Below are positions 9,212 to 17,944 of a stretch of DNA of 47,768 nt, in pieces. Positions within the stretch are counted from its first letter, which is position 1. The number at the start of each line of letters is the position of its first letter. The position numbers and the translations under genes are program-made. This DNA comes from Verrucomicrobiota bacterium. GTDB lineage: Bacteria > Verrucomicrobiota > Verrucomicrobiia > Limisphaerales > UBA11358. A model generated the notes under the pieces. It did no database searches, had not been told where the DNA came from, and saw only the letters and a list, made by a program, of their open reading frames with translations. The DNA lies in assembly GCA_049516755.1 (NCBI GenBank), contig JBEKSU010000002.1:1-47768 (forward strand), given 5' to 3'.

Positions 9212-9290
9212 AACGGAGTGTTGGAGTGGTGTAGTACTGGAGTGTTGGGATTTTCAGTTCTCCATCACTTCATCTCTCCACTACTCCGTT
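9212..9290. repeat. Inverted pair of octamer tandem repeats
   Basis: ggagtgtt ggagtggt gtagtact ggagtgtt ... ctccatca cttcatct ctccacta ctccgtt fills the hoxH-hoxW gap. Confidence 0.75.
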
Positions 9291-10722
9291 AGATTTTGGT
9301 GTCGCGCTGCACGGTTTGCAATACTGTCCCGCCGGCGTCCACTACTTCGACGCGCATCGGCATCTGGCCGACGGCGTGGGTGGCGCAGCTCAGGCAGGGG
9401 TCGTAACAGCGGATGACCGCCTCGACGCGGTTGAGCATGCCTTCCTGCAATTTCTTCGCCTTGACGTATTTCTTCGCCAGGGCCTGCACGCCGCGGTTCA
9501 TCGCCAGGTTGTTGTGGCCGGTGGCGACGATCAAATTGGCCTTCTCGATGCGGCCATTTTCGTCCACCCAATAATGATGGATCAATGTGCCGCGCGGCGC
9601 TTCAACCACGCCCACGCCTTCCCGGCGGGCCGGCTGGTTCGGCACCAGCACGTCGGTGCTGAGGATGTCGGGGTCTTTCAACAACTGCTGCGAGCGTTCC
9701 AAGCCGTAGAGCACTTCAATCACCCGCGCCCAGTGGTAGTAGAACGAGCTGGTCCGCACCGGCCCTTTGGCGCGCCAGACTTTCAATTCGTCGTCGGCCT
9801 GCGGCGTCGCAATGTGGCTGCAGACGTTCAAGCGCGCGAGCGGTCCCACACGGTACATGCCGTTCGGATAACCGAGTTTGGAGATAAACGGGAACTTCAT
9901 GTACGACCACGGCTCGACCGCCTCGCTGATGTAGTCGAGGTATTTGTCCGGCGAAATCTGGTCATGGAACATTTTGCCGGCGGCATCGCAGAAACGGAGC
10001 TTGCCGTCGTACAATTCCAGCGCGCCGTCGGGCTGGACGAGACCCATGTAATTGGAATCGAAGTTGGCGAAGTCCTCGACCTCCGCGAGGTTGGCCTTGT
10101 GATAGCCCGTGAGCAGATCGAGCGCGAACTTCGTGTGAGCGTACGCCTCGGGCAGGCCCTTGAGGATTTCGTCGCGCTGGGCGGTGGTGAGCACCTTGTT
10201 CACGCCGCCGGGCACCGGAAAATCCGCGTGAATTTTGCGGCCGGCGACGAGTTTGATGAGTTCCTGGCCGAACTTGCGCAGCCGCACGCCCTTGATGGCG
10301 ATGTCGGGTTTTTGCTGGATGAGGCCGACGATGTTGCGGGCGGCGGGGTCGGAGTCGAACCCGAGCAGCAGGTCGGGCGCGCTGAGATGGAAAAAACTGA
10401 GCGCGTGGGACTGGATGATCTGTCCCATGTGCATCAGTTCGCGGAGCATTTTGGCCGGACGGGGAATTTCATGACCGACGATGGCGTCGCAGGCTTTGGA
10501 GCTGGCGAGCAGATGGCTGACAGGGCAGATGCCGCAGGTGCGCGGGGTGATTTGCGGCATCTCGGTGAAATGCCGGCCTTCGCAGAATTTTTCAAACCCG
10601 CGGAACTCCACGACGTGGAAACGCGCGTCGTCCACCTCGCCCCGGTTGTCGAGGTGGATGGTGATCTTGGCGTGGCCCTCGATGCGGGTGACGGGGCTGA
10701 TGGTGATGGTCTTGGTTGTCAT
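9289..10722 (-). CDS. hoxH: [NiFe]-hydrogenase large subunit, group 3d-like
   Basis: TRIEGH, RGFEKF, L1 [22 protein letters not shown]2 [10 protein letters not shown] followed by a cleavable tail (AVGQMP...). Confidence 0.93.
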   Translation of the reverse strand: MTTKTITISPVTRIEGHAKITIHLDNRGEVDDARFHVVEFRGFEKFCEGRHFTEMPQITPRTCGICPVSHLLASSKACDAIVGHEIPRPAKMLRELMHMGQIIQSHALSFFHLSAPDLLLGFDSDPAARNIVGLIQQKPDIAIKGVRLRKFGQELIKLVAGRKIHADFPVPGGVNKVLTTAQRDEILKGLPEAYAHTKFALDLLTGYHKANLAEVEDFANFDSNYMGLVQPDGALELYDGKLRFCDAAGKMFHDQISPDKYLDYISEAVEPWSYMKFPFISKLGYPNGMYRVGPLARLNVCSHIATPQADDELKVWRAKGPVRTSSFYYHWARVIEVLYGLERSQQLLKDPDILSTDVLVPNQPARREGVGVVEAPRGTLIHHYWVDENGRIEKANLIVATGHNNLAMNRGVQALAKKYVKAKKLQEGMLNRVEAVIRCYDPCLSCATHAVGQMPMRVEVVDAGGTVLQTVQRDTKI

Positions 10723-10723
10723 G

Positions 10724-11335
10724 TCAGTCGTACCTCAAATTCTTCTCGGTCCACTGCGGCATGCGGCCGGCCAGCAATTCCGTCAGGGCGTACCAGATCA
10801 CGTCGGCATCCGGCGGGCAGCCGGGAATGGAAAGGTCCACCTTCACGACCTCCTGGAGCGGGCGGGCCTTGGCGGTCAGCACCGGCACAACGGGGTCGTT
10901 AGGGATGCAACTGATTTTGGTGCTCTCGGTCTGTTCGTAGGCGCGCAGCAGCACGTCGCGGAGCTGGAACTGGTTGCGCAGGGACGGAATATTGCCAGTA
11001 ACGGCGCAATCGCCGAGCGCGATCAGCACCTTGCAGCGCGAGCGGAGTTTTTTCAGCTCGTGTTCCTGCTCATTGTTGTTGACGCAACCTTCGACGATGC
11101 CGACGTCCACCTGCGGGATTTCCTTCGTATCCACGATGGGGCCGTAGAGAATGTCCACGAGCTTGACCAGTTCCACGAGGCGTTCGTCGAGGTCGAGGAA
11201 CGACATGTGGCAGCCGGAACAGCCGCTCAGCCACATGGTGGCGACGCGCACCTTCGCGGGTGCGGGCGCCGCCGTGGCGGTGGCAGGTTTGCGGACGGGT
11301 TTCTTCGTCACTTTTTTGCCGGTAATCTTCTTCAT
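10724..11335 (-). CDS. hoxY: [NiFe]-hydrogenase small subunit (single-cluster type)
   Basis: [23 protein letters not shown]; 203 aa, no Tat signal, no distal-cluster domain. Confidence 0.92.
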   Translation of the reverse strand: MKKITGKKVTKKPVRKPATATAAPAPAKVRVATMWLSGCSGCHMSFLDLDERLVELVKLVDILYGPIVDTKEIPQVDVGIVEGCVNNNEQEHELKKLRSRCKVLIALGDCAVTGNIPSLRNQFQLRDVLLRAYEQTESTKISCIPNDPVVPVLTAKARPLQEVVKVDLSIPGCPPDADVIWYALTELLAGRMPQWTEKNLRYD

Positions 11336-13152
11336 GCGAACACATTCTCCAAAATCACCGCATCTTCGCGGGCTTCACCGTGCAACGGCAGCACTGGAGT
11401 CAATTTCAACTTGCGGCCTTCCAGATTCGTGATGGTGCCGGATTTCTCGCACCAGATGGCGGTGGGCAACACGACTTTTGCCGCCTCGGTCAAATGTGAC
11501 TGGTAGGCCGCCTGCACCACCACGCAGTCAATCTTCGGCAGCGCGGCTGAGACACCGGTTTCTTCCATGATTTTCAGGCCGCCATCCGGGGCATCGCTGG
11601 CCACGATGTGCAGGAATTTCAATGGCTTGGCATCCAGCCACGGGCCGACTTCCTCGACGGCTTCGATGCCGGCGCCGGCGAGCGCGAGGCTGTTGCTGCC
11701 GGCGGGGAGGCCGATGAGCAACGGCTCCTGTCCACCCCGGTTGGTTTCCAAAATCTTGATCAATTGTTCCATCACCGTGACCCCGATGGGCGTCATGGCA
11801 TCAGGCCCATATACCACGGCGGGGCGCTTGATACCGGCCAGCGTTGTCGCCACGCGGCTCCAGAGTGTGTTTTCCAGACTGACGATGTTGGCGCGAACAT
11901 CTGCGAACTGGTCGAGGTTGGTCTTGCGGGTGTGGAAGATGAGCAGCTTGGCGCCGCGTTTGCGCACGGTGGTGCGGATGCGGGCGGCCAGCACGCCATT
12001 GTCGCGGGCGGGTTGCGCGCCGATGATGATGATGGCATCGGCATCCTGCAATTTCGTCAGCGCGTCGGCCGTGTACTGGGGCTGGGCGCACAGGGCGGCC
12101 TCGTTGGTGGCCACATGCATGCCCACGCGGTCCACCTTGCCGGCGAGGCCGGTGACGGTTTTAGCCGTCTCATTGGTCAGGCGCGGCAGCACGAGCAGCG
12201 CTTTCTCTGATTTTTTTGCGGCCTTGGCGGCCTTGCGAATCGTATCAAGCGCCTCGGCCCAGGTGGCTTTTTGCAACGCGCCGTTTTTGCGCACGAGCGG
12301 CGTGAGGATGCGTTCCCGCGGCTCGGCCCAGGTCTGGTAACGGCCTTTGACACAAAGATGGCCGCGATTGACGGGCGAATTCGGGTCACCCCAGACGGTC
12401 ACGATGCGGTTTTCCTTGGTGAACACCTTGAGGCCGCAGCCGACGGGGCATTCGGTGCAGGTGGTGAGCACCTGCCGGCAACTGGCCAGCGGGCCACGGA
12501 AGGCCGCCGCCTTGTCGAACAGCGCGCCGGTCGGGCAATTCACCACGCAGGCGCCACATTGGGTGCAGGTGAGCGACTCGCCATACGTCTGGTTCATGTC
12601 CACGATCACCCGGTTGCGGATGCCGCGGTAGGCCACGTCGAGCGTATGCACGCCTTCGAGTTCGTCGCAGGTGCGGACGCAGCGCGTGCACAGGATGCAG
12701 CGGTTGTGGTCCATGCCGAAATATTTCGCCGACACGTCCACCGGCAGCGCGGGATACAGGTATGGGTAACGGATGCCATCGATGCCGTGCATATAACCCT
12801 GGTGCTGCAGGCCGCAATCGCCCTTGTTGTACTGGCACATCGGGCAGATGTGGTTGCGTTCGCTGAACAGGAGTTCCAGGGTGGCGCGACGCAGGTTGTG
12901 GAGCCGTTCGCTTTTGGTGATGATTTTGGTGCCCGCGACCGCCGGGGTGGTGCAGGCCGGCACGATTTTCGGGCTGCCCTCGATTTCAACGATGCAGAGG
13001 CGGCAGCCGCCCCAGGAAGTGAGTCCCTGAAGATAGCACAGCGTCGGAATGGGGATGTTGTTGGCGCGGGCGATCTCTAGGATGGTCTGGCCTTCAGCCG
13101 CCTCGCAGAGCCGGCCATCAATGTGGAGAGAGATTTTTTTGGGTGCAGTCAT
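11332..13152 (-). CDS. HoxU-like Fe-S subunit extended with a NuoG/molybdopterin-oxidoreductase-like fold (HydA-like, 606 aa)
   Basis: PTLC..GGCRLC..PAC [2Fe-2S]; HICPMC..C; [11 protein letters not shown] and [12 protein letters not shown]; extra [13 protein letters not shown]; [18 protein letters not shown]; start ATG 13152 avoids overlap with the upstream gene. Confidence 0.88.
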   Translation of the reverse strand: MTAPKKISLHIDGRLCEAAEGQTILEIARANNIPIPTLCYLQGLTSWGGCRLCIVEIEGSPKIVPACTTPAVAGTKIITKSERLHNLRRATLELLFSERNHICPMCQYNKGDCGLQHQGYMHGIDGIRYPYLYPALPVDVSAKYFGMDHNRCILCTRCVRTCDELEGVHTLDVAYRGIRNRVIVDMNQTYGESLTCTQCGACVVNCPTGALFDKAAAFRGPLASCRQVLTTCTECPVGCGLKVFTKENRIVTVWGDPNSPVNRGHLCVKGRYQTWAEPRERILTPLVRKNGALQKATWAEALDTIRKAAKAAKKSEKALLVLPRLTNETAKTVTGLAGKVDRVGMHVATNEAALCAQPQYTADALTKLQDADAIIIIGAQPARDNGVLAARIRTTVRKRGAKLLIFHTRKTNLDQFADVRANIVSLENTLWSRVATTLAGIKRPAVVYGPDAMTPIGVTVMEQLIKILETNRGGQEPLLIGLPAGSNSLALAGAGIEAVEEVGPWLDAKPLKFLHIVASDAPDGGLKIMEETGVSAALPKIDCVVVQAAYQSHLTEAAKVVLPTAIWCEKSGTITNLEGRKLKLTPVLPLHGEAREDAVILENVFA

Positions 13153-13166
13153 GGCTTTGCCGTAAA

Positions 13167-16100
13167 TCAGTGGGTCTTTGCCTCCGGAGTGGCTTTGATG
13201 TCGCAACGCAGGCAGCGGAAGCACTCGGCCTTGGCCTGCCACTCGGTGAAGGTGGGCGACACGTCAACCCAGGTGCCGCGCCGTTCCTCGACGGGCAACA
13301 GCCGCGCCGGGTTCCGTCCGCCACCCTGGCCAGCGGGCGGGATCGTCTGGCTGTAATCAAAATGCGGCCATAATTTCTCGAATCGGTCTTCGCCCGTCAA
13401 CGCCCGATCAATCGCCTTCGCCGCCTTCTTGCCCCAGCCCATGGCGATGGAAACGTTGGCGGCGCCGGTGACATAATCGCCGGCGGCATAAACCTTCGGG
13501 TGGCTCGTCTGGTGCGTCCACGGATCCACCTTGAGCGTATTCCGGGACGTGGTTTCGAGTCCCAACGCCTGGGTCACCGTGCTGTCGGGCTTTTCGCCGA
13601 TGGCCTTGATGACGGTGTCGCACGGAATCACGTAAGTTTCCGTGGTGACCACCGGCGAGCGGCGGCCGCGGGGATCGAACTTGCCGGGCACGGTCTTGGC
13701 GACCTCCAGGCCGGTGATGCGCCGGCTCTTGTCGGTGATGACGCGGAAAGGGGCGGCCATGGTGATGAGCCGGGCGCCTTCCTCGATCGCCTGCCTGGTT
13801 TCATCGACAATCGCCGGCATTTCTTCGCGGGAACGGCGATAAACGATGGTGACCTCCGCGCCCATGCGCAGGGAGGTGCGGGCCGCATCAATGGCGGAGT
13901 TGCCGCCGCCGATGATGACAACCTTTTTGCCCAGCGGCAGCTTTTGGCCATAAGCCGAGGCGTTGAGAAATTCCAGCGATGGATAAAGGCTCCTGGCCTC
14001 CTCGCCGGGAATGCCGAGCAGGGTTTCCTGCCAGGTGCCGAGGGCCAGCAGCACGACGTCGTGTTTCTTTTCAAGATCGCCGAGCTTCAGCGTTTTGCCG
14101 AGCGCGGCATTGAACTTGAACTGGACGCCGGCGCCGCGGATGAAGGCGACTTCCTTGTCCACCACATGTTTGGGCAGGCGGTATTCCGGCAGCGCATAAC
14201 GGAGCATGCCGCCCGCGTCGGGAGCGCTGTCATAAACGGTGACCTTGTGGCCGAGCAGGGCAAGATAGAACGCGGCACTGAGGCCGGCCGGGCCGGCGCC
14301 GACCACGGCAATCTTTTTGCCGGTGGCAGCCCGCTTGCGCTTGAGGATCCGCTTCAACACTTTTTTGGCGAGGTCGCCGTTGTACGCCGTGTCGGCGATA
14401 TACCGGTGGGTTTCGCGCATGTTCACCGAGGCGTCCGTGCCGGCGCGGCGACAGCGGGTCTCGCACGAATGCTGGCAGACGCGGCCGGTGGAGGCGGGCA
14501 GGGGATTGTCCATCACCACCTGTTCAAACGCGTCCTCGAGCCGGTCCTCCTTCAACAACTGGAGGAAGGCGGGGATGTTCATGTTGAGCGGGCAGGTGTT
14601 TTCGCACGGGGAAAGCTGCAGGGCGGTGCATACGCCGGCCGCGCAGCGGTGTTCAAGGATGTGCTGCTCGTACTCGCGGCGGAAATGCTTGAGCGTGGTC
14701 AGCACCGGGTTCGGCGCGGTCTGGCCCAGGCCGCACAGGCTGGCGTCGCGCACGACGTGGCAGAGCGCCTCGAGCCGGTCCAGGTCCTCCAGCACCCCTT
14801 CGCCGCGGCAGATTTTTTCCAGCAGATTGAGCATCTGCTTGGTGCCGACGCGGCACGGCGGGCATTTGCCGCAGGATTCATCGCAGCAAAATTCGAGGAA
14901 GAACCGGGCGACGTCCACCATGCAGGAATCCTCGTCCATGACGACGAGGCCGCCGGAGCCCATGATGGAGCCGAGTTTCTGGAGCGCTTCGTATTCCAAT
15001 GGCGTGTCGAGCAGGCTGGCCGGGATGACGCCGCCGGACGGCCCGCCCGACTGCACGGCCTTGAATAATTTGCCGTTCGGCGGGCCGCCGCCGATATCGA
15101 AAATGAGTTCGCGCAAGGGGGTGCCGAAGGGCACCTCGGCCAGGCCGGTGTTCTGGATCTTGCCGGCGAGGGCGAAGACCTTGGTGCCCTTGGCCTTCTC
15201 GGTGCCGATGGTGGCATACCACGCGCCGCCGCGGCGGATGATGATGGGCACTGTGGACCAGGTTTCCACGTTGTTGATGTTGGTGGGCCTGCCCCACAAA
15301 CCGGCTTGCGCCGGGTACGGCGGACGCGGCATGGGCTGGCCGCGGCGGCCTTCGATGGACCGCATGAGCGCGGTTTCCTCGCCGCACACAAACGCGCCGG
15401 CGCCGATGCGGAGTTCGATGTCGAAATCGAATCCGCTTTCAAAAATATTTTTGCCGAGCACGCCAAGCTTGTAGCCCTGGTCAATGGCGATCTGCAGGCG
15501 TTTGATGGCCAGCGGATATTCGGCGCGGATGTAGATGAATCCGCGGTTGGCGCCCATGGCATAGGCGCCGATGATCATGCCTTCAACAACGCTGTGCGGG
15601 TCGGCCTCGATCACCGAACGGTTCATGAACGCCCCCGGATCGCCTTCGTCGGCGTTGCAGATGATGTACTTGGGCTTGCTGGCCACCCTGGCCATGAGCT
15701 CCCATTTCATCCCGGTGGGATAACCCGCGCCGCCGCGGCCGCGCAGGCCGCTGGTTTTGATCTCCTCAATGACGCGCGCGGGGGTCCATTCGGTGAGCAC
15801 CTTGCCGAGCGCGGCATAGCCGTCGCGTGCGACGTATTCCTCGATATTTTCAGGGTTGATGATGCCGCAGTTGTTGCGGACGACGCGCGACTGCAGATTG
15901 AAGAATGCGAAATCCTGCTGGGTGGCGACGATGCTGTTGGTGATGGGGTCACGCGGCAGGAGTTTTTCGTAGGGCCGGCCCTTGACGAAGTGTTCCTGGA
16001 CGAGCTTGGGCACATCGGCGGCGACGACACTCCGGTAGAACGTGCCGTCGGGATAAACGAGGGCAACGGGGCCGAGGTCACAGCGTCCCATGCAGCCGGT

Positions 16101-16235
16101 TTCGACGACATGGACTTCGTTTTCCAGGCCGGCTTTTTTGAGCTCCTTCACCAGGGCGTCGCGGGCGGCGAAACTGCCCGAGCTGGTGCAGCCGGTCCCG
16201 GTGCAAATCAACACATGCGCGCGAAAATTGGCCAT
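13167..16235 (-). CDS. HoxF/HydB (NuoF-like FMN/NADH subunit) fused to a GltD/NfnB-like FAD/NAD(P)H oxidoreductase
   Basis: CTGTGC..CMGRC thioredoxin-like [2Fe-2S]; GLRGRGGAG, NADEGDPGAFM, CGEET, ESCGKCPPC..LCGLG; then PCENTCP, GRVCQHSCETRC, GAGPAG, GGGNSA, VYRR, AAGD, C-terminal CLRC. Confidence 0.92.
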   Translation of the reverse strand: MANFRAHVLICTGTGCTSSGSFAARDALVKELKKAGLENEVHVVETGCMGRCDLGPVALVYPDGTFYRSVVAADVPKLVQEHFVKGRPYEKLLPRDPITNSIVATQQDFAFFNLQSRVVRNNCGIINPENIEEYVARDGYAALGKVLTEWTPARVIEEIKTSGLRGRGGAGYPTGMKWELMARVASKPKYIICNADEGDPGAFMNRSVIEADPHSVVEGMIIGAYAMGANRGFIYIRAEYPLAIKRLQIAIDQGYKLGVLGKNIFESGFDFDIELRIGAGAFVCGEETALMRSIEGRRGQPMPRPPYPAQAGLWGRPTNINNVETWSTVPIIIRRGGAWYATIGTEKAKGTKVFALAGKIQNTGLAEVPFGTPLRELIFDIGGGPPNGKLFKAVQSGGPSGGVIPASLLDTPLEYEALQKLGSIMGSGGLVVMDEDSCMVDVARFFLEFCCDESCGKCPPCRVGTKQMLNLLEKICRGEGVLEDLDRLEALCHVVRDASLCGLGQTAPNPVLTTLKHFRREYEQHILEHRCAAGVCTALQLSPCENTCPLNMNIPAFLQLLKEDRLEDAFEQVVMDNPLPASTGRVCQHSCETRCRRAGTDASVNMRETHRYIADTAYNGDLAKKVLKRILKRKRAATGKKIAVVGAGPAGLSAAFYLALLGHKVTVYDSAPDAGGMLRYALPEYRLPKHVVDKEVAFIRGAGVQFKFNAALGKTLKLGDLEKKHDVVLLALGTWQETLLGIPGEEARSLYPSLEFLNASAYGQKLPLGKKVVIIGGGNSAIDAARTSLRMGAEVTIVYRRSREEMPAIVDETRQAIEEGARLITMAAPFRVITDKSRRITGLEVAKTVPGKFDPRGRRSPVVTTETYVIPCDTVIKAIGEKPDSTVTQALGLETTSRNTLKVDPWTHQTSHPKVYAAGDYVTGAANVSIAMGWGKKAAKAIDRALTGEDRFEKLWPHFDYSQTIPPAGQGGGRNPARLLPVEERRGTWVDVSPTFTEWQAKAECFRCLRCDIKATPEAKTH

Positions 16236-16241
16236 GGCGGA

Positions 16242-16613
16242 TTACTCCTTATCCTTGGTCTGGCCCACGGCGAGTTCCTGGACCTTTTTGCCCTTTTGCA
16301 GGTGCTGGGTGACGATCTTGCGTGCGCCTTCGAGATTGACCTTGCCATAGACGGTCTTCTCGCCACCGGCTTCCTCGACGCGCACCATCGGTTCGGCGTC
16401 CACCATGCCGATTTCGCCGGTGACACACACTTCCACGCTGCCGATGTTTTGCTTCTCGATTTCGTCGAGCATCGTGGTCATCACTTCGCGCGCGCCGGCG
16501 GCGACGCCGCTGGTGCTCATGCCGACCACCACGCGATATTTCTTGCCGCCTTCGCGCAGGGCGATTTGTTTTTGCGCCTTTTCCTTGAGTTTTTTCAGTT
16601 GTTCCAGGTTCAT
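16242..16613 (-). CDS. HydD-like thioredoxin-fold ferredoxin homolog lacking cluster cysteines
   Basis: VVVGMSTSGVAAGAREV, TGEIGMVDAEP, YGKV, IVTQHL..GK match the family frame; ATG 16613 overlaps upstream stop (ATGA). Confidence 0.8.
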   Translation of the reverse strand: MNLEQLKKLKEKAQKQIALREGGKKYRVVVGMSTSGVAAGAREVMTTMLDEIEKQNIGSVEVCVTGEIGMVDAEPMVRVEEAGGEKTVYGKVNLEGARKIVTQHLQKGKKVQELAVGQTKDKE

Positions 16614-17092
16614 AAATGGACCTTTCCTTTCGTGGCCAGCTCGCGGGAGTCGAAGAAAAACTTCTCTCCGTCGGAGCGGTAGTTTAACTGCACATCGATT
16701 TTTTTGTCCGCCGCGCACAATGCCAGAATCGTCGCGTTCAAATCGCCCAGCGGCGGCCGGTCAATATGGCTGAGCCGCATCGAGGCGGTCACGGACGTGC
16801 CCCGGCCGGGGACGGACCGCACCTGAAAACAGCCGTCACACATCTCGGAGGCCTGCCGCAGGAAGGCCAGGCCGAGGCCGATGGATTTGCGCCGTTTGTT
16901 TTTGCTGCTCCAGCGTTGCGTCAGCACGCGCTTCAGCCGGGCCGCGTCCATCCCGCAACCGTCATCCTGCACGCGCAGCTCAAGCCGGTCGCGCCGCCGG
17001 CTCTCCCGGATGCTGATCCGCACTTTTGTGGCATTGGCGGAGATCGAATTCATGGCAATGTCCAGGATGTGCTGTGACAGCTCTTCAAACAT
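16610..17092 (-). CDS. Stand-alone histidine-kinase-like ATPase (HATPase_c)
   Basis: ELSQHILDIAMNS (N box), DDGCGM (G1), GLGL (G2), GRGT; no sensor or HisKA domain. Confidence 0.88.
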   Translation of the reverse strand: MFEELSQHILDIAMNSISANATKVRISIRESRRRDRLELRVQDDGCGMDAARLKRVLTQRWSSKNKRRKSIGLGLAFLRQASEMCDGCFQVRSVPGRGTSVTASMRLSHIDRPPLGDLNATILALCAADKKIDVQLNYRSDGEKFFFDSRELATKGKVHL

Positions 17093-17618
17093 ATTTTTTC
17101 AGGTCGGTCTTGAAGAGCTGCGGGATCTTGTCAACCGTCAGCTTGCCATAGACGTCGTCGCCCACCGACATGGCCGGCGCCAGCGCGCAGGCGCCGATGC
17201 ACCGGGCGGTGGAGAGGCTGAACCGGCCGTCCCTGGTGGTTTCGCCTTCCTTCACGCCGAGCTGTTTTTCCACGGCGGCCAGGATCTGGTCCGAACCCCG
17301 CACGTGGCAGCCGGTGCCGCGGCAGACCATGATCTGGTGCTTGCCGCGCGGGACCATGGTGAAGAAATTGTAAAAGGTGACCACGCCATAGACGTGCGAC
17401 ACGGGGAGCTTCAATGCGCCGGCGATGTAGCGGAGCACGTCGGCGCTGAGATAACCGAACATCTGCTGCGCCGCGTGCAACACCTGGATCAGCGCCGTCG
17501 ATTCGTGGTTGTAGCTTTCAATCGTCCGGTCCAGGTCCGCGAAGCGCGGGTCACCGCTCGGGTGGGTGGTTTCCATGGCCGCGATGCGCGCGGTTTCGCT
17601 GACGGTTTTCTGGTTCAT
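17085..17618 (-). CDS. hoxE: NuoE-like [2Fe-2S] subunit (HoxE/HydC)
   Basis: LIQVLH..Q..GYL, VYGVVTFY, CRGTGC, CIGAC; start ATG 17618 overlaps the DRTGG stop (ATGA). Confidence 0.9.
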   Translation of the reverse strand: MNQKTVSETARIAAMETTHPSGDPRFADLDRTIESYNHESTALIQVLHAAQQMFGYLSADVLRYIAGALKLPVSHVYGVVTFYNFFTMVPRGKHQIMVCRGTGCHVRGSDQILAAVEKQLGVKEGETTRDGRFSLSTARCIGACALAPAMSVGDDVYGKLTVDKIPQLFKTDLKKYV

Positions 17619-17944
17619 CGTAATCCTGCCTTCCAAAGTTTGCCGGCCGCTTCGTAGGTGGTTTGTTTCGTGGACAACAACACAATGCCTTCCGCATCCG
17701 CCTCGGCCAAAACCGCCCGGTCGGGTTTCCGGCCGCAGGTGAAGAGCACCGTGCCGATGTCCTTGGCCAGGGCGCAGGAGATGACATTGCGATGGGTCTG
17801 GATGGTGACCCAGAGCATGCCAGGGCTGGCATGCGCCAGTACGTCGCTGAGCAGGTCGCTGATGTAGCAACCCGTCAGGTCGGCCTCCACTTTTTTGGTC
17901 AGCGGCCTGGCCTTCACAGTGGCCATGACGGACGATAATTTCAT
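17615..17944 (-). CDS. DRTGG-domain protein
   Basis: GCYISDLLSDVL, LWVTIQTHRNV, YEAAGKL; 109 aa; context next to the kinase. Confidence 0.85.
   Translation of the reverse strand: MKLSSVMATVKARPLTKKVEADLTGCYISDLLSDVLAHASPGMLWVTIQTHRNVISCALAKDIGTVLFTCGRKPDRAVLAEADAEGIVLLSTKQTTYEAAGKLWKAGLR

Noticed and set aside
9212-9290. Intergenic repeats as CRISPR arrays
   Set aside because: Units are 7-10 nt with no unique spacers and no cas genes
11332-13242. Calling this gene formate dehydrogenase alpha, a selenoprotein, or starting it at 13242
   Set aside because: No catalytic Cys/Sec-His motif, no in-frame TGA, no C-terminal cofactor-binding domain; the 13242 start overlaps the upstream gene, so 13152 is preferred
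15600-15660. GAFM loop as proof of electron bifurcation
   Set aside because: The same loop also occurs in ordinary HoxF proteins, so it is not diagnostic alone
13167-17618. Respiratory complex I (nuoEFG) or glutamate synthase
   Set aside because: No membrane nuo genes or gltB in the window; genes are coupled to hoxYH and the protease
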